The position numbers and the translations under genes were made by a program. From assembly GCF_001194135.2 (NCBI RefSeq), contig NC_068981.1:172327564-172391563 (forward strand): a DNA stretch of 64,000 nucleotides. The letters are read 5' to 3'. Within the stretch, counting starts at the first letter, position 1; every line of letters starts with the position of its first letter. The DNA is from Octopus bimaculoides (lineage: Eukaryota). Below, in pieces: positions 14,141-28,225 of this stretch. The notes under the pieces are model-generated. The model ran no database searches, was not told where the DNA came from, and saw only the letters and a program-made list of their open reading frames with translations.

Positions 14141-14558
14141 ATAGTCATTTGGTTTTACACTCATTTTTTTCCCTGCCAGCTTGAGTTAGACAAATATATA
14201 TTATTGAGGCAGGCATTGTTTTACAGCTAGATGCTCTTCCTGTCACTAACCCTTACCTGTTGTTCAAATAAGAGATCTCGTATTCCACACATCTTTGAAA
14301 GTTAGTGGATTATTTGATGACAAGAAATAACAACAAACTTCACCACATGTAGCTCAGTGAATTTTTATGGGAAGTATGCAGAATCAGATACCTGCATGCA
14401 CACATGTAGGACTAAACACAATCCCTATTGACCAAATTCACTCAAGGGCATTAGCCAGTCTAGGACTAGAGTAGAAGACACCCAAGGTGCCATGCAGTAT
14501 GATCCAAACCCAAAACCACATGGTTGAGAAGTTAACTTTTCAACCACACGGTCATGCC

Positions 14559-14568
<10 letters not shown>
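14141..14568 (-). mobile_element. Older family C SINE, its head abutting a (TA)n run at 14569-14609
   Basis: Homology to 12538-12872 (gctagatgctcttcctgtcactaaccc...; ccaaggtgccatgcagt). Confidence 0.7.
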
Positions 14569-14612
<44 letters not shown>

Positions 14613-15732
14613 TTTCTAGTGATCTTTCATCAACAATGGATCAAGAGCAACTCTCACAGAGCAAGCTACATATCAAATAAAGGGCTAACTGTACTCATCA
14701 GTAGCTTCTTAATTGACCAAAATAACAATAACTTGAATAGACTTAATGATGCTAACTGCAGATGAGCCGTACTAAAACAAACATTAAATAAATCTATTTA
14801 GGAATCTATTTTTTTTTTCGTGTAACAGTTGTCATAGAAATATGAACTTCAATAGACTAGGTTTTCTTGAGGTTGTTGTTTCAAGGATCTAATGTGCTAA
14901 GTCCCAGTATCAGTTGGCCAGATGATGATTTGAAAAAATATATCTGAAATAATTGCATTTTTATAAGGCTCATTAATTATCTTAATCAACAATACTATTT
15001 AACATTAGTGATGAAATATAATTTCCCAAACTCCTTTAGCTAAGAAATTGGCATTCACTCAACTGTTGTGACTTTACTGTTAGTTACATGTATCTAGAAT
15101 TGAAATTAAATTAATTTTGAAAAGTTTCAATATTACAAATATTTGATTTGCTTATGAAACTATATTGTTAAGATGGAATGTTCACAAATCATGAGCATCC
15201 ATACATACTGAGACATCCTAAATTATGTTTGTCTCATATTAGCATAGATGAAAGAGTTGTTTCCTCTTATCTGTTTGTGTTGTCTACATGAAAACTGATA
15301 TATATAAGAGTATTTAAATTATATGCAGTTAATATGAACTTATTGTTCATATGCTTGTTGTTCTTTGATATATCCATCACTTCATTGTTGTGTCTCCATA
15401 CTGCTTCCTTCTTTCTAAAATTGATATTGTCGAATGTAAATAATATATTTTAATGAAGGAAAGCGTTTTGAGTTATTTAAATATAGATACTAAATCAGTG
15501 TTAAAGCATAAACTGCAAGTGGCTCAGTAAATAGATACCTTCTTCCAAGGTTGACTTTTCATATTTCATCACTGGAGTTACATCATGCCTTAAGTATAAC
15601 TAACTAATGTAGTTCACTAATGTAAGCAATAGTAAGCTCTATAAATTTGGCTATAAACCTAGTATTTTATCTTTGCTTAATACTGGTTCCCATATTACAT
15701 TCATATCTGCACTAGGTCTGCTTCAAAACATA

Positions 15733-15955
15733 TATGACACGAGGGGATGTTGAAAAATCAGGTGTAGCCAATCACGTATGGTAAAATGGAGACCACCTCC
15801 AACTGTGAGATGAAGTTAAAATAATCAACAGAACACCTCTGGAAAATACGAAAATTAAAAGAGGTTGCACATATGCTAGGACAAACAAGATGAGGACACC
15901 TATCCATCCATTGTAAATAATGTACATAATTCCTCATCTCAAAAATATAGAATAA
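15733..15955 (+). mobile_element. Internally deleted fragment of the Penelope-like element found at 56.2-57.8 kb
   Basis: Colinear with 57328-57479, then jumps to 57751-57791 and continues into the tail cataattcctcatctc also seen at 56245-56259 (minus). Confidence 0.85.
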
Positions 15956-16967
15956 TACTGTTAAGAGTTATAGTGAAGTTTTAACTAAAATTATTACAAT
16001 TTAGCTGGGGTGATGCCAACCAAATCTGTTTTAAAATGGTTAATATGGCTCTTCCAAAATCCAAAAAATATTTGTTCCAAAATATGATTTCAGATCAAAT
16101 ATCTTGCTAAGCATATACAGAAAAAGAATAATCAGAATATTTTGGATCCACTAAAACATAATAATGTTGAGTTTCCATCTTCCAGCTTGATATAACCAAT
16201 CTTTGACATTTGTTAATCTCTTTATTCTGTTCCTCTCTCTTTTTCTCTTCCCACTTTCTCTGTCTTCTTCCTCCCCAATGTTCTTCATTTCAAAGCTTCT
16301 TAAATCCACTAATGTAAGTTTATGAATGTTGCATTAGTCTACAAATCATACCCATTGTTTTCAAATGTCATATGAAGTGCAGAGTTTATCGAATCTCCAT
16401 TTTAGGTCATTTATATTGGGTACTTTTAGCAGAATTCTGTTGCAGCCATTCAAATTAAGCTACCTCTCCATTCTTCAGTTTCTTCTCTACCCATATTTTT
16501 GCTGCAGGTGCAGTCTGTGGTGCAACCACATCAGATACACTAGTCTCCTTTGAACAACTTATAAAAAAGAAAAATGAAACAAAAACAGTTTTCAATTAAA
16601 TATAGCTACCTTTTTTAAAAAAAAATTAGTTTAAATATTACAAACATATCTTTCCTACGAAACTAGCATACTTGATAGAAACACTGAAACTTTGTAATGT
16701 ATATGTTTCAGAGTTCACTTCTAACCCAAGGATATATAATAGTGATAAAAATATATGGCATCTGAAAATGAGTGAAGAGTTAGTAATTTGAAATTTAGTT
16801 ATCTCGAAATACTGTATTGATAGAAAAATCAAAATCTGAGACTGATAAGTAGTCCGGTCAATATATATACTATAATTTTTCAGATTATTTTTCTTGCTTT
16901 TCTACTTTGTTTAACCTGCTCATTTTTATGGATGCATACACTTTTACTCGGTGATGTAAAATATAAA

Positions 16968-17068
16968 CTCTGCCAGAGTGCAGCCATCTGGTTCGCCAGT
17001 CCTCAGTCAAATCGTCCAACCCATGCTAGCATAGAAAGCGGACGTTAAACGATGATGATTATGATGAT
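16968..17068 (+). mobile_element. Short, well-preserved 3' fragment of an RTE/family C element with (GAT)n tail
   Basis: ccaacccatgctagcatagaaagcggacgttaaacgatgatgattatgatgat; CpGs are retained. Confidence 0.75.
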
Positions 17069-17588
17069 ATCTTATTCTCTGGAATAGTATGAATTATATG
17101 ATACAAGCATGGTCAAGAGATTGATTCTATGTATGGTATGATATATGGATGCAGGCATGACACATAGTTAAGTACTTATAATCATGATGTACATTGTTCA
17201 ATACCACTATATGTTATCTTACAGAAGTATCTTTTACCATAACCCTTAAAAATTGGGTAGATAGAAGCAGTGTGAAAGCTCATTAGACAGACTGCAGCTG
17301 CAATTCAAAGGATCACCTTGTCACACTGTCCTGCTGATTCTACTTGAGAATTTCATTAAGGAAACATAAACCTGTGGAATATTCAGCCACTTACATGCTA
17401 ATTCAATGAGTAGGCAATTCAGCTGAATGAATAACTAGAACACTCGTCTGTGAAACCAACAGAAACACATTTACTTGTTTGTAAAAAATAATGGAAATTT
17501 TTTTTGTTTTCTTTTTTTTTTTTCTTTTTTCTTTTTTTTTTTGTTATTTCAATATTTTAAGGCATTCAAAGATGAAGCCATTTACTGA

Positions 17589-17750
<162 letters not shown>

Positions 17751-18358
17751 TAACTTTCCCCTTTCCCCCCGCTATATTAAGCTCCACAATTTCTTGACTA
17801 TTAGAAACACTGTTGTCAAAGAGAGGGTCCTTCTTTTAATGCTTAGTACTGTTTCAAATCAAAATCTTATGACTTTAAGGTCTCTAAGAATGTTGTTACA
17901 AATCTGTGGTATAAATGTTAACCAGTTACAGTGTAGCACTTCTTATATTGTTTCAGCTACAGCTGTAGAAACTGGGCAAATTTATATGATGAATACTCAG
18001 TTTACAACTAATACTGTTAAGATGCTTCACAGTATTCCAATTAGTTTGTTTCATACAGCATTCTACAAAAGACAACTTAGGATAGATAAAATAACTATCA
18101 GTTCAATCAACTATCTGCTTCTCCCTAAAAAGAATTAATTGACCTTGATCCTAGTCAAAAGAAATCAACATTTCTGGAGGTTTTTTATTCCATTTTAAAC
18201 AATGATGGAACACGTATGATAACCCATTTTGCTACATTTTCTTATAAAATTCTTAGATGATGAGTCAAATGTCTGATAATATGTTGTATTAGTTTAATAA
18301 TGATGAATAACTGTATAAATTGTAATGACAATCTTTTATGTATTAATCTTTCTAGAGA

Positions 18359-18545
18359 AGACTCTATGCAGTCTTGTCTCTCAGTTTGCATCCTACCATC
18401 TTTAAATTTATAAAACGGAAGGAAACTTTGGATAGTGTAGTCCTAGTTACATTATGTCTAAATGCAAGATGGGATGGTCATCACTGGAATGCCTTTGATC
18501 ATAGGTCTATTCAGTCAGGGTGGAGTTGGAGTTAAACAGCAATAA
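18359..18545 (+). mobile_element. Family D repeat
   Basis: gatagtgtagtcctag...gatgggatggtcatcactggaatgcctttgatcataggtc motif recurs at 19150, 21640, 32730, 36420, 45010, 45300 and 46330. Confidence 0.65.
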
Positions 18546-20899
18546 TCAGCTGGTTAACTGTATTAATTATTCCATAAAAAAAGGAGACAAAGTATTCGTC
18601 TTCGAGCAACTGAAGATGTTCTCTGAGAATCTATAATGTATTCCACTAAAATTAACAAGTTCCTGTCAATCATTTCTTTGAAGTAATTTGAGTTAATTAT
18701 TTCAAGATTGACTTTTAAAATATAATCTTAAGGTGTAACTTCTTTGATTATCAAAGACAACCTAATTTTATATCAAAATTGGATTTAACATTTTGTTGAT
18801 TCATTCAATTATTAAACTACTAAGGAATATATCTTGTGGCGGCATTATGATTACTCAACACACTGGCTGTATCTAGTTTTTGGCCATTGATAATTTGTCT
18901 TTGAGTGGATTAAAAATATGAACTGGTTTTGATAAGATTTCAAACTAAATTTTTAAGTCATTAATATGGTGATTATTTAGCACAAACCAGTTCTTTGTTA
19001 TATGCAAAATATTTTCTCATGTGAGTAAACAAGAGAGATTCTATATGGTTGCTCAGCCTGATTCAATTACTAGTAGTTACATGACATTTTCTTGTATTAA
19101 AATACCAAAGAAATGATTTATTTGATAATGAAGCCCTACTTACACTAAAAGATTAGATGGTCATGACTAAAATACCTATGATCATAGACCTGCTTGATCA
19201 GAACTGACCTGAAGCTGAACAGCAATCCCTTCTGATATAACATCATATGACTAGAAGCACATCTACGAAGTGAATATATTTGTTTGTGTAGTTGTCAGAA
19301 AAAGCAGGCTGTCATATATTGGATAATAGAGTAGGTATATTATTATTATTAATAAAATACAATATTATACTCTCATCTCATCCACTTTACTAGTTGGTTT
19401 CATACAAGGAGTTGAAATAATTCCAGTACTCATTAGAAAAGGCTGAAAAGAATAGTATGGCATGGGCTCTTTGCCATTAAAAGCCTGTTGTATATAAAAA
19501 AAATTTTTTTTAACTGGAATGAAATCATCTAGGTCAAAATCTGAGGAATTAATATATGACTTAGTACATCCAACTGTGACACAAAAACACACGCACGTGC
19601 ACACATGATTTTAAGCCAAGGCTGATCAGCTCCAATTTGTATCTCAGCAAAACTGCCCATGGATCAATCCTCTAGCTGAGATGTAATGGCTAACAATTTT
19701 TTTTTTTAAACTTGGTTAGATAGATGCCATTGTAGAACAGCTGATATAAGACCATAGATAAGGATCGTTTATGAAACAAAGCAAAACTTTAGCCCTTTAG
19801 TACTAAATGAGTGAAGATCAAAAAGTGAGTAACTCAACAATTTATTTCTCAATATTTATTCTGCTAAAATCCCTAACAATGTTTTAAAATGTCAGCATAA
19901 CTGACATTCCAGAGTGAGTTACACTTTAGAAAGTTGATTTGCACTTTTATGTACATTGGAGATTTTCTAATCTTATACAAATGTAGATTGTTATTTTTAC
20001 CTTTAAAGTTTATCTTAAAAGTTTGTTTGAATATTATCCAAACATTTATCCATCATAACCAAGCCTTGCTTTTATTGCATATATATATATGTGTGTGTGT
20101 GTGTGTGTAAATTATTCTTCTGTTTACTTTGCACATATAAACCCACCTTAGCATTATAGAATTTCTAACTAAAGTTCAACTGATAATACACTCATTTCTA
20201 TTTTGCTGTTTTTCATTTATTCTTAAGTATATGTCTAAGCTCTTGGTGTACGGTAGCCATTCAATCCTACTATCTATAAAAATATAAAGCTAAGATAATG
20301 ATTTTTAGAGATATTTTGAATAGCTTCTGTGGTAATTAGTTATTGTTCAGAATACAGAATTTTAAAATAGAGCTACCAAATTATTCTTTAGAAGACATTA
20401 TCATAATAGAGATTTAGTCTTCATGCTATCAAACTGAAAACATTATAAATAATTTATCATAAAGTGAGTATATGAAACCAGAGCTTTTAGTCAATGTGTA
20501 TTCTTTATTCTATATTTGATGTTTATATCAGCTCATAAATAAAGTTCATTTTCACATTGTGCCCTGTCCATTTTAATTTATTACTAAGAGACAGAAAATT
20601 ATGAGTAATGAATATATGAGAAATATATAGGAGATCCTACTAATGTAAAAGTTTAGTTGAGTTTGTTTTGTTTTGAAGTCACATATATTTTTTCATGATT
20701 TTATTTTATTTTGATTTGAAAATTTGCTTTATTTAAATAAGAAAACATAATAATTTTCTTTACATTTCAAATCATTTCATTTATCTCACACTATTAATGT
20801 TGATTTGTGTGTGTTTGTTTGGGGTTTTTTTCCTAATCATGATGGACCATCCATAATCATCATTTTAGCAATTATTTTTAATGCAAACATTGTTATGGC

Positions 20900-21105
20900 C
20901 AATCTCAATATTCTGTGTGCACAGAATATGACAAAACTGATCCTTTGAAATACAAGTAATACTCATTTTGGCCAGCTAAGTGGACTGGAGTAGTGTGAAA
21001 ATAAAGTTTCTTACTCAAAGGCATAATGTGCTGCGAGTTATCAAACTCATGATCTTACATTTGTAAGCTGAACACCCTAACCACTAAGCTACATATCTTC
21101 ACAAG
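20900..21105 (-). mobile_element. tRNA-headed SINE fragment (family E here)
   Basis: Minus-strand head has A-box-like TAGCTTAGTGG and a decayed B box; related pieces at 32380-32510 (-) and 52030-52200 (+). Confidence 0.55.
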
Positions 21106-21584
21106 ATTCCATGATCCACTCCAACTCAGATATATATCCCTGCAAGCTTTTCTTCAAACTTCAAGACAAGCCTGTTAACCATTATTACTTTTACTATTAT
21201 ATAATTACAACAGCATCTACTTCTTTAAATATTCTGCTGCTATCAAAATTTCATTCAGAACACTCTGTCAGGGATTCTCAAACATTTTTTCCAGCATACT
21301 TGTTTGTCATGTCTGGCAATACCAGTTTGTCATGTTTGTACCCTCTTGTGAAGAATATTGTGTAAAATGACAGGATATTGTAGATGAGACAGCAGACCTG
21401 TATACTTTTCATTAATTATATTTAGAAGTCAAGGTTCCCAAACAACATATATAATGACTTATATATAGATACTATTTACTGAATCTCAGAGAACAACTAT
21501 TGAAAAGTAGTTGGTTGGGATTACTTCAAAATTCCAGTGATTTTACAAACCATGCATTTCCCTGCAAGTTCTTATGCATACTCT

Positions 21585-21770
21585 GGTTTGAGAACCCCTA
21601 TGCTACATGGTTGAAATTGCAACCAAATCTCCCTCAAATCACACCCTACTATCTTAAATATAGGAAGATACTTTGGATTGTGTAGTCCTTGATGTACAAA
21701 AATATGGAATGGTCATGGCTTTGATCATTAATCTGTTCAATCAAGGTGAACTGGGGTTAAACAACAACAT
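21585..21770 (+). mobile_element. Family D repeat
   Basis: aaccaaatctccctcaaatcacaccctact...ggggttaaacaacaac. Confidence 0.65.
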
Positions 21771-21988
21771 GCCAACCTGTTGCAGTGCTTGCTAAGTCCT
21801 ATGCAAAGCATGATTATAACCATTTAAAATCTTATCACTTTGGAATAGGGCATCTCTTTCAAGATTCTTATGAATTTTGACCAAAAAATGCAATCCAGAA
21901 TTCTTGAATATTTTATTGTATTTTCAAGAAATTCTTGGTCATATTATTTAAAAACTAGTTAATTAACAGCATAACCATCTTAAAGTTC

Positions 21989-23790
21989 ATGAGTAGTTCA
22001 CAAGTGGCTTTTTTTTAAAAACAAAATCTTCTAACAATGTTTATGAAACCATTTTCTCAAAATCCTGAAATTGACATGCCTCCTTAAAATAATCTCAACA
22101 AAAAATAATCCCCTTTATGGAAAAATAGACTGAAGCTATAGAAGAAATAGTATCTGAATTAGTTGCTATTAAGAAATGTTCTATTAATGCAATAGTTAAT
22201 AGTGCTTTTATAAAGAAAACTATTGGAAATAAAGGTTTGGTTTTACCAAAGGATTGTTTTCATTTAACACAGATGATCCAGTATCAATATGACTTGAGGA
22301 AAAAAAAATATGATGTGAAATATCAAAAAATGTAGTATTTCTTTAGATAACTATACATATTTGCATAATCATAGATATTTGAATGTCAGTGTGCAGTCAT
22401 CTGACAAATTCTAAACTTTAGTAATGATCAGAATTAATTGAAAGTTTGCCAGCTGAAAAATTTTTGAACTTTTAGAAATTAAATTTTTCTGAATTCAGCC
22501 TTGATTTTGGAAAAACAGAATGTAGTTGCATTTGTGACTGATGGAAAAAATGTTAAGTTTGCTAAGAATATGAATTGCAAGCATCATTAGTGTTATACAT
22601 ATGGATACCATTTAGCTGTTATGTACTTGAATCCGTTTGTGATGAAGCTAATACCCTTACAAGTTTGAAGGTGCACTCAAGGATCATAAACAAAATGTGG
22701 ATTCTGCAGTGGTGAATGTGGTTAATAATATCAATCTTCAACAAACTGAACTTAATGAAATGGCTCCTAATCTTTACAAAATAAAAACAAAAAATAAAAC
22801 ACTTCAGAAATATGTTAAAGAGGAGCATAGTCATGAATTGTAATTAAGCAATGATACTAAGACAAGACGAGAGGATTTATTTTCAGTGCATAAATGTTTC
22901 TTGTTCCTTAAACTATCTCATACTTTTGTATCTGTAATGGAACCAATTAAAATTGGAGTTAAAACCTATGACAAAAGGGATGCAACTTTGATTTCTGCAG
23001 AAAGCATATTTGTTTTCATGCTTGAAGAATTGAATCAACAAAATACTTTTAACATATCTCTTGCTGAGAGAATGTATTAGGAAAAGAATTGAATAACAAA
23101 GGAATAAAAATCTGATTGGAATGATGAAGCATTTAACTAATCTGCTTTAATTTTGGTTGCACTTAACTCATTTCTCATTTTGTCATCAGAAACTTCACTG
23201 CAAAATATTCTTTTCTGCTCTAGGCACAAGGTCCGAAATTTTGGGGGAGGGTCCAGTCAATTAGGTCGACCCCAGTACACAACTGGTACTTAGTTTATCA
23301 ACCCCTCAGTGGAATTTGAACTCAGAACGTAAAGACAGACAAAATGCTGCTAAGCATTTTCCCCAGCTTGCTAATTAATATTTCTGCCAGTTCACCACCT
23401 TACTTCATTGTAAAATATTGTAAAGAAACTGGATGAGAGAATGTTTGTTACTTTATCAAAAGAATCATTTTAATTCCGATTCTGAATCCAAACTCATGAT
23501 TAGTGAAACACCACTTCACTAAAAGAGAAAAGAGAAACATGTCTACTACAGCGATTAAATGTTACCATTAACAAAGCTGTTGAAGGCAAATAGGAAGTGC
23601 ATTCAGTCATCTTATGAGCCAGAAACATTGAAATTTCTAGACACAGAATTGTTAACTTGCAGAAATTGTACTTCCTTCTCAGTAATATTCTTCCAATTTC
23701 CATTGAAACAAAGAAACTATTTTCTATGGTAGAGCTCTTTGTTACAAAATTGGCAAAAACACCATCAGTAATACATATTTCATCAGAGAA
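21989..23790 (+). pseudogene. Heavily decayed hAT (hobo/Ac-like) transposase, apparently near full length, interrupted by a SINE
   Basis: Colinear remnants: IVSELVAIKKCSINAIVNSAFIK; ISLDNYTYLHNHRYLNVSV (first catalytic D at 22346); VAFVTDG (D at 22540); CYTYGYHLAV (CxxH region, 22591); LQKYVKEEH...DTKTR; MEPIKIGV...RDATLISAESIFVFMLEEL; NLQKLY...LPISIETKKLFSMVELFVTKL (C-terminal SERxFS region). No convincing TIR or TSD found. Confidence 0.8.
23210..23401 (-). mobile_element. Family B SINE nested in the decayed hAT transposase
   Basis: TSD ACTTCACTGCAAAATATT (23192-23209) versus ACTTCATTGTAAAATATT (23402-23419), 16/18; body homologous to 3090-3289. Confidence 0.9.
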
Positions 23791-24675
23791 TATTAATCAT
23801 TCTGACTGAAACATTTCTAGTTTTCAGGCATTTTTTTTTTAATATACAAACATACTTTTTTTTTAATTGGATAAATTTTTATGTTTCTGATTCTTTCTTC
23901 CACATATCAAAAACTCTGAAAGAGTTAACGGAAAATAAAAATTGATGTCTATTCCTATGACTTTTTGTTTTGTATGCTTGGTTTTTCAGGGATAAGTTCT
24001 TAGAAATTAAGCCATACTTGGGAACTCCACCCTATGCATTAAAATAAAAAGAAAAGTTTTTTTTTTCCCCCTCGAAATTAGTGTTGTACTCAAAAATGTA
24101 TCTATTGGCTTGGGTTCCTCCTTTTTCCTCTGGAGCAGAATATTTATAAAAAAATGTCCAGCAATTATATATAATTTAGTTATGTAAACATTATAACAGG
24201 CATGTAATTCAATGAAATAGACAATTAAATCAACCTACCACAATTCCAAAAAAATGAAAACATGAGTAACCAGTTACATCTATTATTATGGTCTCTATAA
24301 TGTACATATATTTTCTTTATCTAACAAAGTTGATTTGCTGCAATATCTATTCCAGCTTATATCTAATTATTAAATTTCTGTCTAGAAAAGAATAATAAAA
24401 TAATAAAAATAATAGTAATTCAGTTGATTGGTTATTTGACTTTGTAGTATTCTTTGTATACCACTTCATTTGTATCTTCTGATGGTATGAAGAAGCCTAT
24501 CTATCTACAGAATTTTCAGTTCAGTTACTTATATTTGTTGATCACAAATGTTACATTTTTCTGCAAACATGATGTGGTGATAGTTGACACTTATTAACCT
24601 ATAGCAACTTAGATAAAACAAATGGTAAATTAGCATTTTTGATTTAGATAAATTAGTAAATTATAAATTGTTTGG

Positions 24676-25066
24676 TTCTTTTATTCTTTTACTTGTTTCA
24701 GTCATTTGACTGCAGCCATGCTGGAGCACCGCCTTTTAGTCAAGCAAATCGACCCCAGGACTTATTCTTTGTAAGCCTGGTACTTATTCTATCAGTCTTT
24801 TGCTGAACAGCTAAGTTACGGGGACGTAAACACACCAGCATCGTTTGTCAAGTGATGTTGGGGGGACAAACACAGACACATAAACGTACACACACATACA
24901 TATATACGACGGACTTCTTTCAGTTTCTGCCTACCAAATCCACTCACTTTGGTCGGCCCGAGGCTATAGTAGAAGACACTTGCCCAAGGTGCCACACAGT
25001 GGGACTGAACCCAGAACCATGTGGCTGGTAAGCAAGCTACTTACCACATATCCACTCCTGTGCCTA
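24676..25066 (-). mobile_element. ~390-bp SINE (family A here; CORE-like centre), full length
   Basis: Highly similar to 35519-35885, 38574-38941 and 43136-43352. Minus-strand head taggcacaggagtgga...GGGTTCAGTCCC (B-box-like), then gtggcaccttgggcaagtgtc, which resembles the CORE-SINE core. Confidence 0.9.
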
Positions 25067-26601
25067 TATTGTTGAAAATGCTTATGATAATAATTACTTA
25101 CATTAGAGCAAGACCATTTACTTGCTGTGATGGCTTTAATCAACTGAACTAATCCTGGGACATGCTGGAGCTATTTTATTTCCCCCAGAGGAAATTATGA
25201 TAAAATCGACCCAAGCAAGATTTGAACACAGAACATAAAGCAATAAAACTATTGTTCAGTGTTTAGTTTGGTGATAATTTTTTTCTGGTGACAATCTCAT
25301 ATCTAAAATGTTTAATTACAATTATTTCATAATTAGATTTAAAGTATTCTGTTTAGTATGATCCATTCAAGAATTTTTTTATTTCTAGCATGGTCTTACT
25401 AACAACATATGCACCACAGATTCACCTCTTGAATATATTTTGACAGGGTTAATGGTTGGTGTCACAGATAAAATATATATCTTGAAAACTTTTCTATTGT
25501 AACCCTATTTTACCACTGATATGTTATAATGAACAACTCTAAGGTTACTGATGACGACAATGATTTTAACATAATGTATTTACTCCATAAAAGGTGGAAA
25601 AGCAATGTTATAATCAACAGATTGTTTTTTAATATCAAAGAATTGTTTTGTTATGGATATTTTTTGGTTAATTAACTTAGACCCAGTATATTACAGGTAC
25701 TTTAGATATGAAAACAATTAATAGTTATAGGATAACAATTTTTAAGTAGATAAACTATCAAAAAAAAATTAAGTCTATACTAGTACAAGTATTCTAATGA
25801 AAATTTTATTCAGTTGAGGCTAATAATTTACTAAGTGTAAATGTTTGCTGAAATATGACAGTCTTCAGTTGTGGTTTTTAAGTTGAAGAGCTTTTTATGA
25901 CCCGTTGTCATTCTGGCAGTAATAACATGGACCATTTTAATCAAAGCACCTCCTTCTTTGTTCTATTATTAGAACTTTTGCCAGAAATATTTTTATTACC
26001 CCAAAGTATTCAGATCAAACTTTTGCACTGGCCTATATTATTACTCTTGTTGGTATAGTCATTCTTTCAGAATTCACTGCTTGAAAATTGATATTAGGTA
26101 AGTTTTAAAATTGTAAAATCACTGATTAAAAAAAAAAATACTAATTTTCACAATTCTGAAAATCATGATGAAATATTCTATGAACTAAAACCAAAAAAAA
26201 AACATTATGCAACTATCAATGTGAAGTCAATATTTTCTATAATATTAACAAAAATGTACCTTATCAACTAAATGCTTATTCTTATTTGGATTTAACTGAC
26301 TGCAAAATGTCTTTAATTCATTGATAGCTGATCTGTTCCATGAGACCTTATTTTCATAGATTTGAAACAACACTTCCTGGTTATTTTCAAAATCCCTTCA
26401 AAAGATTTTAATATGCTTGTTTTACTTTGCATTTGTTTTACAAGTCACAAAGTTTTCAGAAGGGTCTTTTGAAGATGGTTTTTACCAGACTCATCTGAGA
26501 ACCTCCTTTTTGTATTCATGTGCACCCCAGTTTCCTGTACCTTTACACAAGTTTCATCAACATTTTCTTTTTAAAATTAATAATATCCTTTTCTAATTTA
26601 G

Positions 26602-26747
26602 GTAAAATCAAATACACCGAACGAGTATATGACGCCTGTATGGATGCATTTGACTGCCTGCCTCTAGCAGCCTTAATGAACCAACAATTTTTGTGTGTCC
26701 ATGGAGGTCTCTCACCAGAAGTACATACTTTAGAAGATATAAGAAAA
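26602..26747 (+). CDS. PPP3CA: Calcineurin A exon (exon 5 equivalent), 146 nt: (C)[48 protein letters not shown]
   Basis: Acceptor ttctaatttag, donor GTGAGT at 26748; HGG motif; frame continues from the previous exon. Confidence 0.97.
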
Positions 26748-28225
26748 GTGAGTAATACACACTGTCTATATTTCATCTCTTCATTCTTCATTCTGTGTAT
26801 AAATGTTCATAATTTCTGTATATTTATTGATCACTTTCTGAAAAATAGTAGTAAAAATAGTACTAATAGTTGTAACCACTATTGATTTCTCCTTGTAGAA
26901 GTGGAGGATGGCCTTCACACATTATCCCTGATCAATTCAGCCATTTATTCCAGTATAGTATTTTATTGATTCTGGAACAGATCTGACAGGAGTCAAAAAT
27001 TGCACCTAAACATTTCAAGTTTAACACTTCGCCCATTGGTTTATCGTTGTATGTAAATATTTGTAAATCTTTTTAATAACACTGCAGTTGTTTACAGAAA
27101 CCAGTCTTATCATTTCATTTATCCTAAAATAATCTCTATGCTAATAATTTGAAAAGATGATTCTGGTAGTTTAGAATTTAGAAGAATTCTTCTCAGCCTT
27201 TTGTGAATAAAATTTATGATTTTGGTATCTTCCAAGGGCTAATAACAGTTTGTGTTTCAAAATCTTGGGAATGTTAATTTCAAAAGAAAAAATTGAATTT
27301 AGTACCAGTTTACAGTTACGATAATTGACTCCAGTACTCCATGCTAAATGAGATCACTTGTTAGGTCCTACTGTTCAACTGCATTTTCTTCCTTTTGAAA
27401 CAGACCAAAGTCCTATCAGTTAAATAAAGGATGTTCTGTATGAAATTTGCTTGGATATTCTAGACATCCTATCATGGCCAGTGTATCAGATCTGAGTTTT
27501 AATCTTTTAATTAAGTATCCAAAATAACATTGCCATTTTCTTATTTTTATTGCTATATGGGGATGGCACAAATGCAGCAAATATTTGATTTTAATGGCTA
27601 TAGTTGATTCCTGACCATTTCAATAATCTAAAGATGATTACATGTAGCTTAGTCCTTTGTTTTATGTTCTGGTTTAGCCCTGCAACTCTTATTATAGCAT
27701 AGGCACAGCTTGTCTCTGAGTAGTAAGCAATCCATCATCTAGTTTAACACCACCTGTACATTCTGCTATAAGCATTCAGTCTGTCTCTGGTTTGAGAATA
27801 ACTTCCTTCTTCCCACCAGTTTTGGAGACCCTGAAAAAAACATCATGGTGCTACCTTTCCTCTGACTTAGTTCATTTAAAACAAAAAAAGATAATAAAAA
27901 ACATTTCTTTGCTAATCAATATAACTAATAGTGAACTGAGCTTACTATAGAGGAGACAATTGTAGTTTCTCTTAATTTCATGTGCACCTATGAGAATTAG
28001 TGACATTCTTGAAATCTCCCAGCAGCAGAATTTAGTCCTTTTATAGAATCCCATGCTAAGATGAACTGAATATTAATGCTTTGCTAACCCCATTGTCAGT
28101 TCATAGGTATTATTGTTAAAGACAAGTAGCCTAATTGTCATAGGAGGTGCAAGTGCAGGAACATTAAGCAGTCATTTATCTAAAAATGGCAAATTCCAAA
28201 CTCTTGAAGTTGCTACTCTCTAGAC

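Noticed and set aside
21845-24025. TAGGG...CCCTA as TIRs of the decayed hAT
   Set aside because: Only 5 bp match and no flanking 8-bp TSD.
26600-26608. AG|GTAAAA at the exon-5 start (and AG|GTATCG at exon 8) as recursive splice sites
   Set aside because: The bases are dictated by conserved codons (C-K and G-Y), so there is no independent evidence.
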